A DNA stretch of 64,000 nucleotides, taken from the IMG/VR virus record IMGVR_UViG_3300005077_000026, positions 1 to 64,000 of that record, one strand, 5' to 3'. The notes under the pieces are model-generated. The model saw nothing but the letters and a program-made list of their open reading frames with translations, was not told the origin of the DNA and did no database searches. Made by a program: the position numbers and the translations under genes. Shown here piece by piece: positions 27,139 through 36,747 of this stretch. Each line of letters begins with the position of its first letter. Position 1 is the first letter of the stretch. Origin of the DNA: a virus. Its lineage: Duplodnaviria; Caudoviricetes.

Positions 27139-28094
27139 ACACCATCTATAGACCGAAGTCACTGGACGAGTTCGTTGGGAATGAAACCGCCATCGCCTCT
27201 CTAAAAAGCGTGATCGAGCGAGAAGCTATCCCCCCAAGCTTTCTGATGATTGGTCCTGCGGGTTGTGGCAAAACAACCCTTGCGAGGGCTGTCAGATATT
27301 CAATAGGGGTGCTGGACATTGACTTCTTTGAATACAACGCGGCGAACACCAGAGGTATTGATACCATGAGAGAGATTGCTGCCAATTGCTCTCTTTCTTC
27401 TCATGGAAAAAGGAAGATGTACCTGCTGGATGAGTTCCATCAGCAGACCGTGCCAGCCCTCAACTCCCTCCTTAAAGTCATAGAAGAACCCCCCAAGAAC
27501 GTCCATTTTGCACTATGCACTTCGGAGCCTGAAGCCATTCAAACAAAGCTCTATGACGCTATCAGTCGCAGATGTCATAGGGTTGAGCTTAAACGTCTTG
27601 GCCGAGCGGATATCAGCAAGCTTTTAAAGCGTGTGCTGACTACTGAAAACGTCCCCGACTTCCCCGAACCCGTTGTTAGAAAAATCGCTACCTGTTGCAA
27701 TGGCTCCCCTGGCCATGCTCTCAGTCTGCTGGATCAAGTGATCGACATGCCCTCCGAAGAAGCCGCGCTGAATGCTCTGGAGGATGTAACGGTGAAGGAG
27801 AACACTGTGCAAGAACTGTGCAGAGTGCTCCTGAATCCGAAGGACACTGACTCAGCAAAGTGGAAGCAGTGTCAGAGTATCTTGAAGGATCTGGACTCTG
27901 ATGCAGAAGCAGCAAGGAGGGCTATCTGCGGATACTTCAACGTGGTGCTGATGGATCAGTCAAAGCCATTCAATCATTTGGGAGACATTGTGCAGATGGC
28001 TTCCTTGTTCACTGAGTCCTTCATGTACACAGGAAAGGTGGGGCTGACAGCAGCCTGCTACCTGGCTTGCAAGATTCAGATCATTCCCTTTTGA
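27129..28094 (+). CDS. clamp-loader AAA+ ATPase (DnaX/RFC-like)
   Basis: YRPKSLDEFVG, GPAGCGKTT, LDEFH, IEEPP, SRRC. Confidence 0.88.
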   Translation: MRLNTIYRPKSLDEFVGNETAIASLKSVIEREAIPPSFLMIGPAGCGKTTLARAVRYSIGVLDIDFFEYNAANTRGIDTMREIAANCSLSSHGKRKMYLLDEFHQQTVPALNSLLKVIEEPPKNVHFALCTSEPEAIQTKLYDAISRRCHRVELKRLGRADISKLLKRVLTTENVPDFPEPVVRKIATCCNGSPGHALSLLDQVIDMPSEEAALNALEDVTVKENTVQELCRVLLNPKDTDSAKWKQCQSILKDLDSDAEAARRAICGYFNVVLMDQSKPFNHLGDIVQMASLFTESFMYTGKVGLTAACYLACKIQIIPF

Positions 28095-28103
28095 GGTGCT
28101 GAG

Positions 28104-28439
28104 ATGGACGAATTTGAAGTTATGATTATCAATGAGCTTGCCAGCTACTTTGAAGCTGCCAGCTACGGCGATGTGGATCCCAATAACGGCTGCCCGCTTG
28201 CGATGCACGAAGACAAGAGGGAGATGGCTTTCAGAGAGAGGGTAGATCAGTTTGTCAGAAACAAATATGGGTTTACAGTGCAGGCTTGTGTGGGTTGTGC
28301 TTACATGGATGAGGTAAGGGCCCCTATGCAGGCTTTCATAAAGAAGTGGAAATACGGGGGTTGTCCCTGTAGAACTATAGGGGAGGATGAATCGTTCAAT
28401 CTGCTTGAAATGTTTTTAATCCGAGTGGGAAGGAGATAG
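28104..28439 (+). CDS. hypothetical protein
   Basis: GAGG RBS; Cys motifs. Confidence 0.55.
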   Translation: MDEFEVMIINELASYFEAASYGDVDPNNGCPLAMHEDKREMAFRERVDQFVRNKYGFTVQACVGCAYMDEVRAPMQAFIKKWKYGGCPCRTIGEDESFNLLEMFLIRVGRR

Positions 28440-28444
28440 AGCGA

Positions 28445-28981
28445 ATGATAACCGGAACTGAGTTCGACCGAATTTTGGATTGCTATAAAAGTGAGCTAAA
28501 GATTGACAAGTATTCTTTGGAAGAAGAATGCACCAGGCAGCCTGATCTTTATGCCAAATACACCCAGTTGTACGCCGAAGCGGAGCGAGAAGTCGGGCTT
28601 GCAAAGATGGAGCGCAACAAGGTGGAAGCACGTCTGGATAGGGAAATCCGACAAAAGCATGAGATTCATGGCTTCCCCAAACCCCCTACTGAGGTGGCAA
28701 TCGAGCGGTGGATCAAATCACATGCCGACTGGCTTGTAGTGCAGCAAAACAGGATCGATGCTCAGTACCGATTCAACATACTTGATGGTATCAGATGGGC
28801 ACTTCAACACAGGAAAGAGGCACTGGGGCATCTGGTCAGCCTTTTCCTAAACCACTATTACTCAGATATCCCCGTTAAGGGTGCTAAGGAGGTGAGGCAA
28901 GAGGAAGCAGACAAGAGAGTAGATCAACAGGTGGATAAACTGAATGAAGGAAATGAACGCATTTTCAGAAGGAGACTTTAA
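28445..28981 (+). CDS. UvsY-like recombination mediator
   Basis: helical, QPDLYAKY...R..AL pattern; next to SSB and RecA. Confidence 0.55.
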   Translation: MITGTEFDRILDCYKSELKIDKYSLEEECTRQPDLYAKYTQLYAEAEREVGLAKMERNKVEARLDREIRQKHEIHGFPKPPTEVAIERWIKSHADWLVVQQNRIDAQYRFNILDGIRWALQHRKEALGHLVSLFLNHYYSDIPVKGAKEVRQEEADKRVDQQVDKLNEGNERIFRRRL

Positions 28982-30256
28982 ATGGGACTGAGAGATACTT
29001 TCAGACAGATGCGGGAGGATATCGTCAAGGGCACTCAGGAGAGCATTGAGCGCACCAAGGAGACTTCTAAGTGGCGCACGGTGTTCCTTGAGGAAAAACT
29101 CCCGCAGGGAATTCAATCCTGGCGTCCAGGAGCAGGGCAGCACATTGTGGACATCATCCCCTTTCTGGCAGGGGTGAATCATCCCCGCACCGAGAAAGGG
29201 CGAATCACGTTTCTGGTCGATTACTACGTCCACAGGAACATCGGGCCCCTCGGTGACAACTGGGTTTGTAAGCTGAAGACCACCAAGAAGTCCGATCCCA
29301 TCTGTGAGTACATTCGCAGGGTTAGGCCAGAGAAGACAGAGTGGAAGCGCATCAAGCCCACCCGCATGACTGCCTACCTTGTGTGGGTTCACGACACCCC
29401 TGAAGAGGAAAAGAAGGGGCTGCAACTCTGGGACGTAGCGCACTTCCTGTTCCAGGAGCCGGTCGATGCTCAAGCAAAGCATCCGAAGGGCGGGGCACCG
29501 TTCGCCTACGCCGATATCGACTCTGGCAAAAGCGTCTACTTTGAAATAGTGAAGTCGGGGAAGTGGACGGACGACAGGGGCAAGGAGCGGGATTCAGTTA
29601 AGTATCAGGGACACAAGTTCATTGATCGAGAGGGCCCACTGCCGGACGAGATCGTGGACGCCTCTTTTTCTCTGGATGAGTGCATGGATCTGAACCCCAG
29701 CGATGAGCTTATGAATGCCAGCTTCTACGGGGAGGCCACAGGAGATGCTTCAGGAGAGGAAGCGAAAGAAACCCCGCCGGAAACCCCGGACGAGTTCCGC
29801 AGGGAGCCTGTCGGAAGTGGACAGCAGCAGCAAGCTTGCAACCCCACTCCCCCTGTTCCCCCACCCTCTTCAGCACCCCCACCGAAGCCTGACTTTCGAG
29901 ACTTCGTTCCAGGGAGCCCTGAGTGGAAGGAGCACTGGAAAGCTTACCGAGAGGACCAGCCGGCAATGCTCCAGTTCCAGGAGTCTCTACGAGCGCCCGA
30001 GCCTCCCAAAGCTCCTGCTCAGCCTGCTCCTGCAGCTCCTGCTCCTGCAGCTGGCACTGCATCCGGTGAGTGTCCTTCGGGTCATGTCTTCGGTGCTGAC
30101 AATGAGAAGAAGCCCGAGTGCCGGAAGTGCCCTGTTTGGGATGCTTGCGCGGAGTTCTTGGATTCTGGAGGTGCTTCTTCTTCTCAAGCTCCTGCTGCAT
30201 CCCCTCCGCAGCAGCCCGCCCCCTCGACGGGCAGTGGATTGAGACGGAGACTGTAA
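28982..30256 (+). CDS. putative ssDNA-binding protein with Pro/Ala linker and C-terminal Cys4 motif
   Basis: gp32-like arrangement (IIPF, H...C...CPIC-like); position between UvsY-like and recA; CPSGH...CRKC...C. Confidence 0.6.
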   Translation: MGLRDTFRQMREDIVKGTQESIERTKETSKWRTVFLEEKLPQGIQSWRPGAGQHIVDIIPFLAGVNHPRTEKGRITFLVDYYVHRNIGPLGDNWVCKLKTTKKSDPICEYIRRVRPEKTEWKRIKPTRMTAYLVWVHDTPEEEKKGLQLWDVAHFLFQEPVDAQAKHPKGGAPFAYADIDSGKSVYFEIVKSGKWTDDRGKERDSVKYQGHKFIDREGPLPDEIVDASFSLDECMDLNPSDELMNASFYGEATGDASGEEAKETPPETPDEFRREPVGSGQQQQACNPTPPVPPPSSAPPPKPDFRDFVPGSPEWKEHWKAYREDQPAMLQFQESLRAPEPPKAPAQPAPAAPAPAAGTASGECPSGHVFGADNEKKPECRKCPVWDACAEFLDSGGASSSQAPAASPPQQPAPSTGSGLRRRL

Positions 30257-30349
30257 TTTAAAAGCTTGGTTGGTTCCGGTTACAGCAAGGACCGGCTTGC
30301 AGGCGACAGGAATGACTGACCAATCAAGAGTACACAAAAGGAGGCTGAG

Positions 30350-31441
30350 GTGACTGAATTACTACGAAGAAGGGAAACATCTGCACCAGCAGCAGCACCC
30401 GTGGCTCCAGCACCAAAGCCACAATCTCCAACAGCAAAATACATGAACAACTCCACCGAGTTCATCCCCACTGGAAGCACCCTGTTGAACTGTGCTATCT
30501 CGGACAATCCCTTCGGCGGGTACAAGATCGGGAAGATCGGGAATCTTGTGGGAGATAGCAGTGCAGGGAAGTCGATGCTGGCTGTTACCACTTTAGCTGA
30601 GGTAGCCCTATATTCCAAATTCGACAAGTTCCGTTTGATCTACGATGAGCCCGAAGCTGCAATGGAATTCAACATGAATCATCTGTTTGGGCATGACTTC
30701 GCGGATCGCGTTGAATTAGAATACACCTCGGATACCATCCAAGATTTTTACTCCAACTTGGTAAAGGTGATCAAAGCTGATCATCCCTTTATTTACATTC
30801 TGGATTCATTGGATACACTGACCGGAAGGGATGAACGGGTGCGCGCCGACAAGCTTGCCACAAAGGGCATCGAAGATGGCAGCTACAAGTTGGAAAAGCA
30901 AAAGCTGCTGTCCGAACTACTCCGCGTCACTGCAAGAGATATCAAGGATGTAGAGGGGCTGCTCCTGATTGTTTCCCAAACAAGGGACAACATAGGCTTT
31001 GGGTACAAGGATAAAACCAGAAGTGGTGGGAGGGCCCTTGAGTTCTACAGTAGCTACGAGATGTGGCTTTCTATCATGCAGACCATCAAAAAGATGGAGC
31101 GCAATGTCGGCGTTAACACCAGGATCAAAGTCAGCAAAAACAAGATGACGGGAAAGACCCGTGAAGTTCCAATTGAAATCTACTATGATTACGGTGTGGA
31201 CGATATTGGAATGAATATCGACTTCTTGGTAGAAAGCAAGCACTGGGGAATGGTATCCAAGCAAACTATCGACGCCAAAGACTTCCAACTGTCTGGCACC
31301 CGCAAGACGATCATCAAGCACATTGAGGAGGATTACGGAAGGGAGCTGGAGCTAAGAAGGATCGTAGGAGTTGTTTGGAACCAGATCGAGGAAGCCATCA
31401 AGCTGAACCGTGCTCCGAAGTATGAAAGGGGGAAACTATAA
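30350..31441 (+). CDS. recA: RecA/UvsX-like recombinase
   Basis: IPTGSTLLN, GDSSAGKS, ILDSL, SQTRD, SGGRALEFY, KNK. Confidence 0.9.
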   Translation: MTELLRRRETSAPAAAPVAPAPKPQSPTAKYMNNSTEFIPTGSTLLNCAISDNPFGGYKIGKIGNLVGDSSAGKSMLAVTTLAEVALYSKFDKFRLIYDEPEAAMEFNMNHLFGHDFADRVELEYTSDTIQDFYSNLVKVIKADHPFIYILDSLDTLTGRDERVRADKLATKGIEDGSYKLEKQKLLSELLRVTARDIKDVEGLLLIVSQTRDNIGFGYKDKTRSGGRALEFYSSYEMWLSIMQTIKKMERNVGVNTRIKVSKNKMTGKTREVPIEIYYDYGVDDIGMNIDFLVESKHWGMVSKQTIDAKDFQLSGTRKTIIKHIEEDYGRELELRRIVGVVWNQIEEAIKLNRAPKYERGKL

Positions 31442-31442
31442 G

Positions 31443-31934
31443 ATGCACTACATTGGGATTGATCCCTCATTGACAGGATCCGCAGTGGTGGTAGTGATGG
31501 AGAACGGGGAGATTGCTTGCCAGAAGCTTTTTTCTACCACCAAAGCTGACAACTACGAATGCCGAATGATCGATCTCGGCGTCAAGATCCTTGAGGTCGT
31601 CGGGAGCTACCGCTGCGGAGTCCCTGTTCACATTGAGGGGATTGCTTTCGGTGCAAGGGGTGCGTCGATTGCTGAGATGGCTGCCCTCAACTATCATCTT
31701 CGAATCTTGATGACGGAGCAGGGGATTACATTCAAGGTGGTACCTGCCACAGTCCTCAAGAAATTTATCTGTGGAAAGGGGAACGTAAAAAAGGAACAAA
31801 TGCTGCTGCAGGTCTACAAGAAGTTTGGAATAGAATTCAAGGACAACAATTTGTGCGATGCTTACTGCCTCGCCCGGGTGGCGCTAAACGATTTCAAATC
31901 ACCACCCATCATTGCTAAACGCAGAACGCTATAG
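31443..31934 (+). CDS. RuvC-like Holliday junction resolvase
   Basis: IGIDPSLT, IEG, LKKF...GKGNVKKE, NLCDAY. Confidence 0.85.
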   Translation: MHYIGIDPSLTGSAVVVVMENGEIACQKLFSTTKADNYECRMIDLGVKILEVVGSYRCGVPVHIEGIAFGARGASIAEMAALNYHLRILMTEQGITFKVVPATVLKKFICGKGNVKKEQMLLQVYKKFGIEFKDNNLCDAYCLARVALNDFKSPPIIAKRRTL

Positions 31935-31953
31935 GAAAGGAGGTGATATAGAC

Positions 31954-32151
31954 ATGGTGACCATTCTCCAGATGATGATGGATCTTCGAAACGCGGTTGA
32001 TTCTCACATTGCAGATGTGCAGAAGTTCGAGGAAAAGGACAACGCAGCGGCCGGCACCCGAGTCACTAAGGGCATGATGGATGTTAAGAAACGTGCCCAA
32101 GCGATTCGTGAAGCTGTTTTTGATCGCAAAAAGCCGACTGCCACTGAGTAG
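31954..32151 (+). CDS. histone H1-like Hc1-family protein
   Basis: KFEEKDNAAAGTRVTK...KKRAQAIR resembles the Hc1 K-x-N-x-AAG-T-R pattern. Confidence 0.6.
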   Translation: MVTILQMMMDLRNAVDSHIADVQKFEEKDNAAAGTRVTKGMMDVKKRAQAIREAVFDRKKPTATE

Positions 32152-32172
32152 TGCTGCTGATGATTGAGCGAA

Positions 32173-32198
32173 TGGGGGAGCCGCTTCAGGCTCCCCCA
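32173..32198 (+). terminator. GC-rich hairpin
   Basis: TGGGGGAGCC-GCTTCA-GGCTCCCCCA 10 bp stem; weak T-tail. Confidence 0.45.
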
Positions 32199-32217
32199 AT
32201 TAAAAAGGATGGACCAA

Positions 32218-32550
32218 ATGAAACTCCTTACCCTAATAGGGCTGCTTTGTTTGATGCTCATTGCCTGCTCTCCAAGAACTTATAACTTCCACGTCTGGCA
32301 GAACGGTAACAAGCAGTTTCAGTACCAGGAGACTGTGGGAGAAGATGGAAAGGTGATTCAGAAAAAGTGGGGTGTTGTCGAGTCCTACAACAAACAGGAG
32401 CAAAAAGGGAAAGATTCCCACTCTCTTGTCGAGGGACGGAGTGGAGCGTATGAATCGGGCACTCAGGTTGTGAACGTTTTTGTAACGGCTGCTTCCGAGC
32501 ATCCCCTGTCAGTGACCACCGATGCTTCTTTCCCCCTTTCCCCCTTTTGA
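32218..32550 (+). CDS. lipoprotein
   Basis: MKLLTLIGLLCLMLIAC lipobox. Confidence 0.7.
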   Translation: MKLLTLIGLLCLMLIACSPRTYNFHVWQNGNKQFQYQETVGEDGKVIQKKWGVVESYNKQEQKGKDSHSLVEGRSGAYESGTQVVNVFVTAASEHPLSVTTDASFPLSPF

Positions 32551-32562
32551 AGTGGGGGCACC

Positions 32563-32790
32563 ATGTTCGCCGTGACTGAAAAACTTAGGAAAGACTTAGA
32601 CACATTCAGAGCCCGACATGGGAGTCTTAGAGACCAGTCGATGACTTCTGGACTCGATATACAGACTCGGATGGGCATGTCACTAAAATCCGAATATTGC
32701 AGAGGGATGGCTGACGGGATTCGTTTGGCCATTGAAAAGATAGCTCAGACGATGAGAGAAGAAGTCGCAGCTAAAGGTGCCCGAAAATGA
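32563..32790 (+). CDS. hypothetical protein
   Basis: ORF; ATGA overlap with the next gene. Confidence 0.55.
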   Translation: MFAVTEKLRKDLDTFRARHGSLRDQSMTSGLDIQTRMGMSLKSEYCRGMADGIRLAIEKIAQTMREEVAAKGARK

Positions 32791-33902
32791 TCCTCAAGAC
32801 CCTTGAACTTGAAGAATTCCAGTGCCACCGTCACAGCATTCTTGAATTTTCCCCCGGTGTGAACGTGATCAAGGGGACTTCTCACAGCGGGAAGTCCTCC
32901 ATCATTAGGGCCCTTCGATGGGCCCTGTTCAACGAGCCGAGGGGCCTGAATCATAAACCTTTTAGAAAACCCGCTTCCACATTAACCACAGTAGGGGTGG
33001 AGTTCGAAGAGGGCACTTACATTGTCAGAAAGAGGAGTTCGGGGGAAAACAGCTATGACGCTAATGGCACTGAGATTGAAGCCATGCGCTCCGACCTCCC
33101 AGAAGAAATATCCCAAATAACCCAAATGACCCCACTGAATTTGCAGATTCAGGAGGACTTCTTCTTCCTATTCAATGAATCTGCAGGGGCGGTGGCAAGA
33201 ATGCTCAACGAGCATGTGGGGCTGGAAATAATTGATTCCACCCTGTCCCGTTCGAATGAGATCGTCAACGAAACAAGGCGCCAGCTGTCCCAGTCCTTGC
33301 AAAAGATTCAGGAGACAGAGGAGGAGCTAAAGAAGTACGAGGGACTGAATCGGTGTGAGGAAAGTATCAGCAAGCTGGATGCTTTGGAGAAGAAAAGAGA
33401 GGCTCTGCATCAGCACCGATCACAACTCGATTACAAGATCAAAGAATTGCTGGTACTCAACTTAAAGCTTGACAAATACAAAGCAGTTGTGAGATTTAAG
33501 AGTGATCTTAGCAGAGTCAAGGGATTACTGGACAGCTGGCAGAAAGGGGCCCAGAGACTTGAGGTTCTTAACAAGATTGTTAGAGAGTTAGAGGTTGACT
33601 CAGAAAGATTCACCCTTCTCAAGTCCAGGCATCTGAAGCTCAAGCGCATTTATGAAGCAAAGATATTACCTAATGTACCAAGGTACCGTTCTCTCTTGCT
33701 TGACTATGAAGCAAAGCGGAAACGACTTTACAGCATTCAGAACGAAACAGAACGCTGCATCAGACTTAAGGAGAACTTGGAGATTAAACTATCCAATCTG
33801 AGTGCTATGAGAGACAAGCTGCTGAAAGAAAAGCCTCAGGAATTCTGTCCCCAGTGCGGAGCCGAAAAGCAGTATTGGAGGAAAGATGTTCGACAAGCAT
33901 GA
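32787..33902 (+). CDS. SbcC/Rad50-like ATPase, N-terminal half
   Basis: FQCH, GTSHSGKSS Walker A, Q-loop, coiled coil, terminal CPQC. Confidence 0.85.
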   Translation: MILKTLELEEFQCHRHSILEFSPGVNVIKGTSHSGKSSIIRALRWALFNEPRGLNHKPFRKPASTLTTVGVEFEEGTYIVRKRSSGENSYDANGTEIEAMRSDLPEEISQITQMTPLNLQIQEDFFFLFNESAGAVARMLNEHVGLEIIDSTLSRSNEIVNETRRQLSQSLQKIQETEEELKKYEGLNRCEESISKLDALEKKREALHQHRSQLDYKIKELLVLNLKLDKYKAVVRFKSDLSRVKGLLDSWQKGAQRLEVLNKIVRELEVDSERFTLLKSRHLKLKRIYEAKILPNVPRYRSLLLDYEAKRKRLYSIQNETERCIRLKENLEIKLSNLSAMRDKLLKEKPQEFCPQCGAEKQYWRKDVRQA

Positions 33903-34260
33903 ACCAAATCCTGACATTCTTTTCAACGATACAGCCAGTATGAAGATCGGTGATAATGTAAAGGTCACCTTGGAATCAGGAGATGGTGTTGTTATCTCCT
34001 TTATTGCCAACAATGTCTCCCTGTCTTGCAATCAGGATTTTATAGAACTGGGATTCCCAGTATGCAAAAATGTGAAGAATGGATTCCCTACTGGTACCAT
34101 TAACTTTACATATAAGGACGTTAAGTTCCAACAACTGCACAAGAAAGGAAAACGTAATGCCAGCGAATCTCAGAAGAATCGTTCTTACAAACCAGTTTCC
34201 CGACGACCCCAAATCCACCGCACTCTTAAAAGATTTGTACGAAAAGTTCCTACGCCATGA
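33886..34260 (+). CDS. hypothetical protein
   Basis: GGAGG RBS. Confidence 0.5.
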   Translation: MFDKHEPNPDILFNDTASMKIGDNVKVTLESGDGVVISFIANNVSLSCNQDFIELGFPVCKNVKNGFPTGTINFTYKDVKFQQLHKKGKRNASESQKNRSYKPVSRRPQIHRTLKRFVRKVPTP

Positions 34261-34741
34261 CACAGAGTGGCACTTCTTCTGGGAAGCGGGGACGGTCTAC
34301 ATTCGGATGCAAAATAACCCGATGCTCCAGAAGATGGTCAGGCACCTAAAGGAAGTCGGTGTTGCCTCCTTAGTTGATGATCAAGACTGGGTAGACAACA
34401 TTCCCATCACGCAGGAGTTCCAGAGTGCCTTTCAGTCAATCTTTCATGGCTTCTCTGTTATTGCTATGCAGTTAGAGGGGAAGGAACCGCCAGAGAAAAC
34501 CATGAAGTACTTCCAGCTTCTGGAGCGAATCCATCACTGCTTCATCAACATGAATGCCCACAGCGGGATCACTCTTGAACACGCTATAGATGAATTCGGA
34601 AGATCGTTTGGTCCTACTATGGGGGAGCCGATGGCTCTGCTTCTGATGGTCTTCCGATCTGTTTTCTATTCTGGGTGTGGTCTGGGGTGGAACAGTGCCA
34701 TTACCAAAATGAATAAACCTGAATCCGATGATCTAAAATAG
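34157..34741 (+). CDS. hypothetical protein
   Basis: ORF track 34079..34741; AAGGA RBS before ATG 34157. Confidence 0.6.
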   Translation: MPANLRRIVLTNQFPDDPKSTALLKDLYEKFLRHDTEWHFFWEAGTVYIRMQNNPMLQKMVRHLKEVGVASLVDDQDWVDNIPITQEFQSAFQSIFHGFSVIAMQLEGKEPPEKTMKYFQLLERIHHCFINMNAHSGITLEHAIDEFGRSFGPTMGEPMALLLMVFRSVFYSGCGLGWNSAITKMNKPESDDLK

Positions 34742-34749
34742 GGGGAAAA

Positions 34750-35265
34750 ATGAGTAGAAACAGAGTGCCCAAGAGCCAAATTGTCATTAAAGAGATAGAG
34801 CGAGTTTTCAGTGTTTGGAATCCGAATGAACAGAAAATGGAAGACCAAACACACCTGATCGAGATGAAAACCTACTACCTAAGGCACCCGAAAACCAACA
34901 GATGGGGTGGAGAAGCCAACAAAGAAAAGTCGGGAAAGCCCTTCGCCACTGTTGTTCTTGTGTATGAGAATGGAAAGTTCTGTAGAGGAATCTCCTTTTG
35001 TTCCCGATCCGATCAGTTTTGCAAAAAGGTGGGGAGGAGCATTGCAGAAACCAGAGCACTCCATGCCCTTATTCAGCTTCCTGAAGCAGAAAACCAGCAC
35101 CTGCCAATAGATAGTCCAAGAGTGGTAGATATCCTTCCAGATGATACCTACTACAATTTGGACGAGCTATCAGAAAAGATAATGAGGAATGTAGTTTGTT
35201 TCAAATCAGAAAGAAACGTCCAGCTAACCGAGTTCGAAAAGAAACTGTTCAGGATCGACAAATGA
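34750..35265 (+). CDS. hypothetical protein
   Basis: ORF; SFCSRSDQFCKKVGR motif. Confidence 0.65.
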   Translation: MSRNRVPKSQIVIKEIERVFSVWNPNEQKMEDQTHLIEMKTYYLRHPKTNRWGGEANKEKSGKPFATVVLVYENGKFCRGISFCSRSDQFCKKVGRSIAETRALHALIQLPEAENQHLPIDSPRVVDILPDDTYYNLDELSEKIMRNVVCFKSERNVQLTEFEKKLFRIDK

Positions 35266-36194
35266 GATATCTTCTGACAGGTGATTGGCACCTGACCGAT
35301 CGGCAGCCGAAGTTCCGAAAGGACAACTTCTTGGAGACTCAGAAGGAGAAGTTGTCCTTCATTCTGAATCTGGCAAAACAGCGGGACGCAATCATCCTGC
35401 AGCCAGGGGACTTCTTTGACAGTCACAAGGCTTCTTACTTTCTGGTGGATGAAATATTGGCACTGCTAAAACGATTCTCCCCGCTGGCCGGCATTTATAC
35501 AGTGTACGGGCAGCATGACCTACGATTCCACAAATCGGACACCAAGAACACACCCCTCAATCTTCTCATAAATGCTTTTGACCACTTGTTCTACGGTCAC
35601 ATGGTAGGTAGACACTTCATGGGGATTGATCTTTACAGCATTAGCTGGAATGAAGAAATTCCCAAACCACAGAAATCAGACCGTAAAAATGTGCTGCTGC
35701 TGCACAGGATGATCTATGAGGAGAAGTCCTACCCAGGACAGGAAGCTCAGGGGGATTCTGCTAACATCTTTCTCCGAAAACACCCACAGTTTGATCTTGT
35801 AGTCAGCGGAGACAACCACAAATCGTTCACAGCAAAGGTGGGGGATAGATGGCTGGTTAACTGTGGAGCTTTGCTGCGAACCTCTATCGATATGAAGGAT
35901 CATAGACCCCACTGCTATATCTATGACTCAGACTTCAATACTTTAGAACAAGTCGATATCCCCTGCAAGCCTTTCTCCGAAGTCTTCAACTTTGAGCAAC
36001 ATGAGTTGGAGAAGAAGGTAAGCAATGAAAAGCTGGAAGCCTATGTAAGGTCACTCACTACAAAAGACTCTCCAGTGAATCTCAACTTCCCGAAGGTGAT
36101 GAGGGAGAAGATTGAGGAGGCAAGGGAGAAGTTGGACCCAGGTGTCATAACCATTCTTGAGGAGATCATGGGCGATGGTATCCAGACACGGTAA
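35262..36194 (+). CDS. SbcD/Mre11-like metallophosphoesterase nuclease
   Basis: GDWH, GDFFD, GQHD, LLH, GDNH. Confidence 0.9.
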   Translation: MRYLLTGDWHLTDRQPKFRKDNFLETQKEKLSFILNLAKQRDAIILQPGDFFDSHKASYFLVDEILALLKRFSPLAGIYTVYGQHDLRFHKSDTKNTPLNLLINAFDHLFYGHMVGRHFMGIDLYSISWNEEIPKPQKSDRKNVLLLHRMIYEEKSYPGQEAQGDSANIFLRKHPQFDLVVSGDNHKSFTAKVGDRWLVNCGALLRTSIDMKDHRPHCYIYDSDFNTLEQVDIPCKPFSEVFNFEQHELEKKVSNEKLEAYVRSLTTKDSPVNLNFPKVMREKIEEAREKLDPGVITILEEIMGDGIQTR

Positions 36195-36489
36195 CATGCA
36201 CTTCAACATTGAACGGGATGGTGGAAAAATGGAAAAAGTCTCTGTACCTTTTCAGGTTGTGGGAAAGGATGTTCTCTGGTTCATTGAGGACGCCATTATC
36301 AGAGTCCACAAGCAATCAGGGAAATACCCAGGCGTCCTGACTGTCTCCGACGATATGGACAAACGGATCAGAAAGTGTGTACAGAAAAGGACGGGGATTG
36401 CAGTCATTGGTCCTATGCAGAAAATCTATGGACTCAGATATGAAGTTGACCCTATGCTGCCTGAAGGCAGGGCGGTGGTTCACGATTAG
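36157..36489 (+). CDS. hypothetical protein (start uncertain)
   Basis: ORF track. Confidence 0.5.
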   Translation: MRRSWAMVSRHGNMHFNIERDGGKMEKVSVPFQVVGKDVLWFIEDAIIRVHKQSGKYPGVLTVSDDMDKRIRKCVQKRTGIAVIGPMQKIYGLRYEVDPMLPEGRAVVHD

Positions 36490-36497
36490 GAGGAAAC

Positions 36498-36746
36498 ATG
36501 ATCCTGCAAAAGATTGACCAATTGGAAAAGCAGATCAGAGAGGCGGAGACGGAGAAGATATCCTTGGAAGCAAGGATCAAGCTGCTGAATGAGCAACTAT
36601 CTTCCGAGTTCAAAGTCTCCACAGTTGAGGAAGCCCGAGAACTTCTCTCCGACATGGATAAGGAGATAAAGGGGCTGGAAGAAGTCTTCCAGGACGAATT
36701 CAAAAGGCTGGAGACTGAAGTGGTCCCCTTTCTGAATGGGAGATAA
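36498..36746 (+). CDS. short coiled-coil protein
   Basis: GGAGG RBS; heptad pattern. Confidence 0.7.
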   Translation: MILQKIDQLEKQIREAETEKISLEARIKLLNEQLSSEFKVSTVEEARELLSDMDKEIKGLEEVFQDEFKRLETEVVPFLNGR

Positions 36747-36747
36747 A

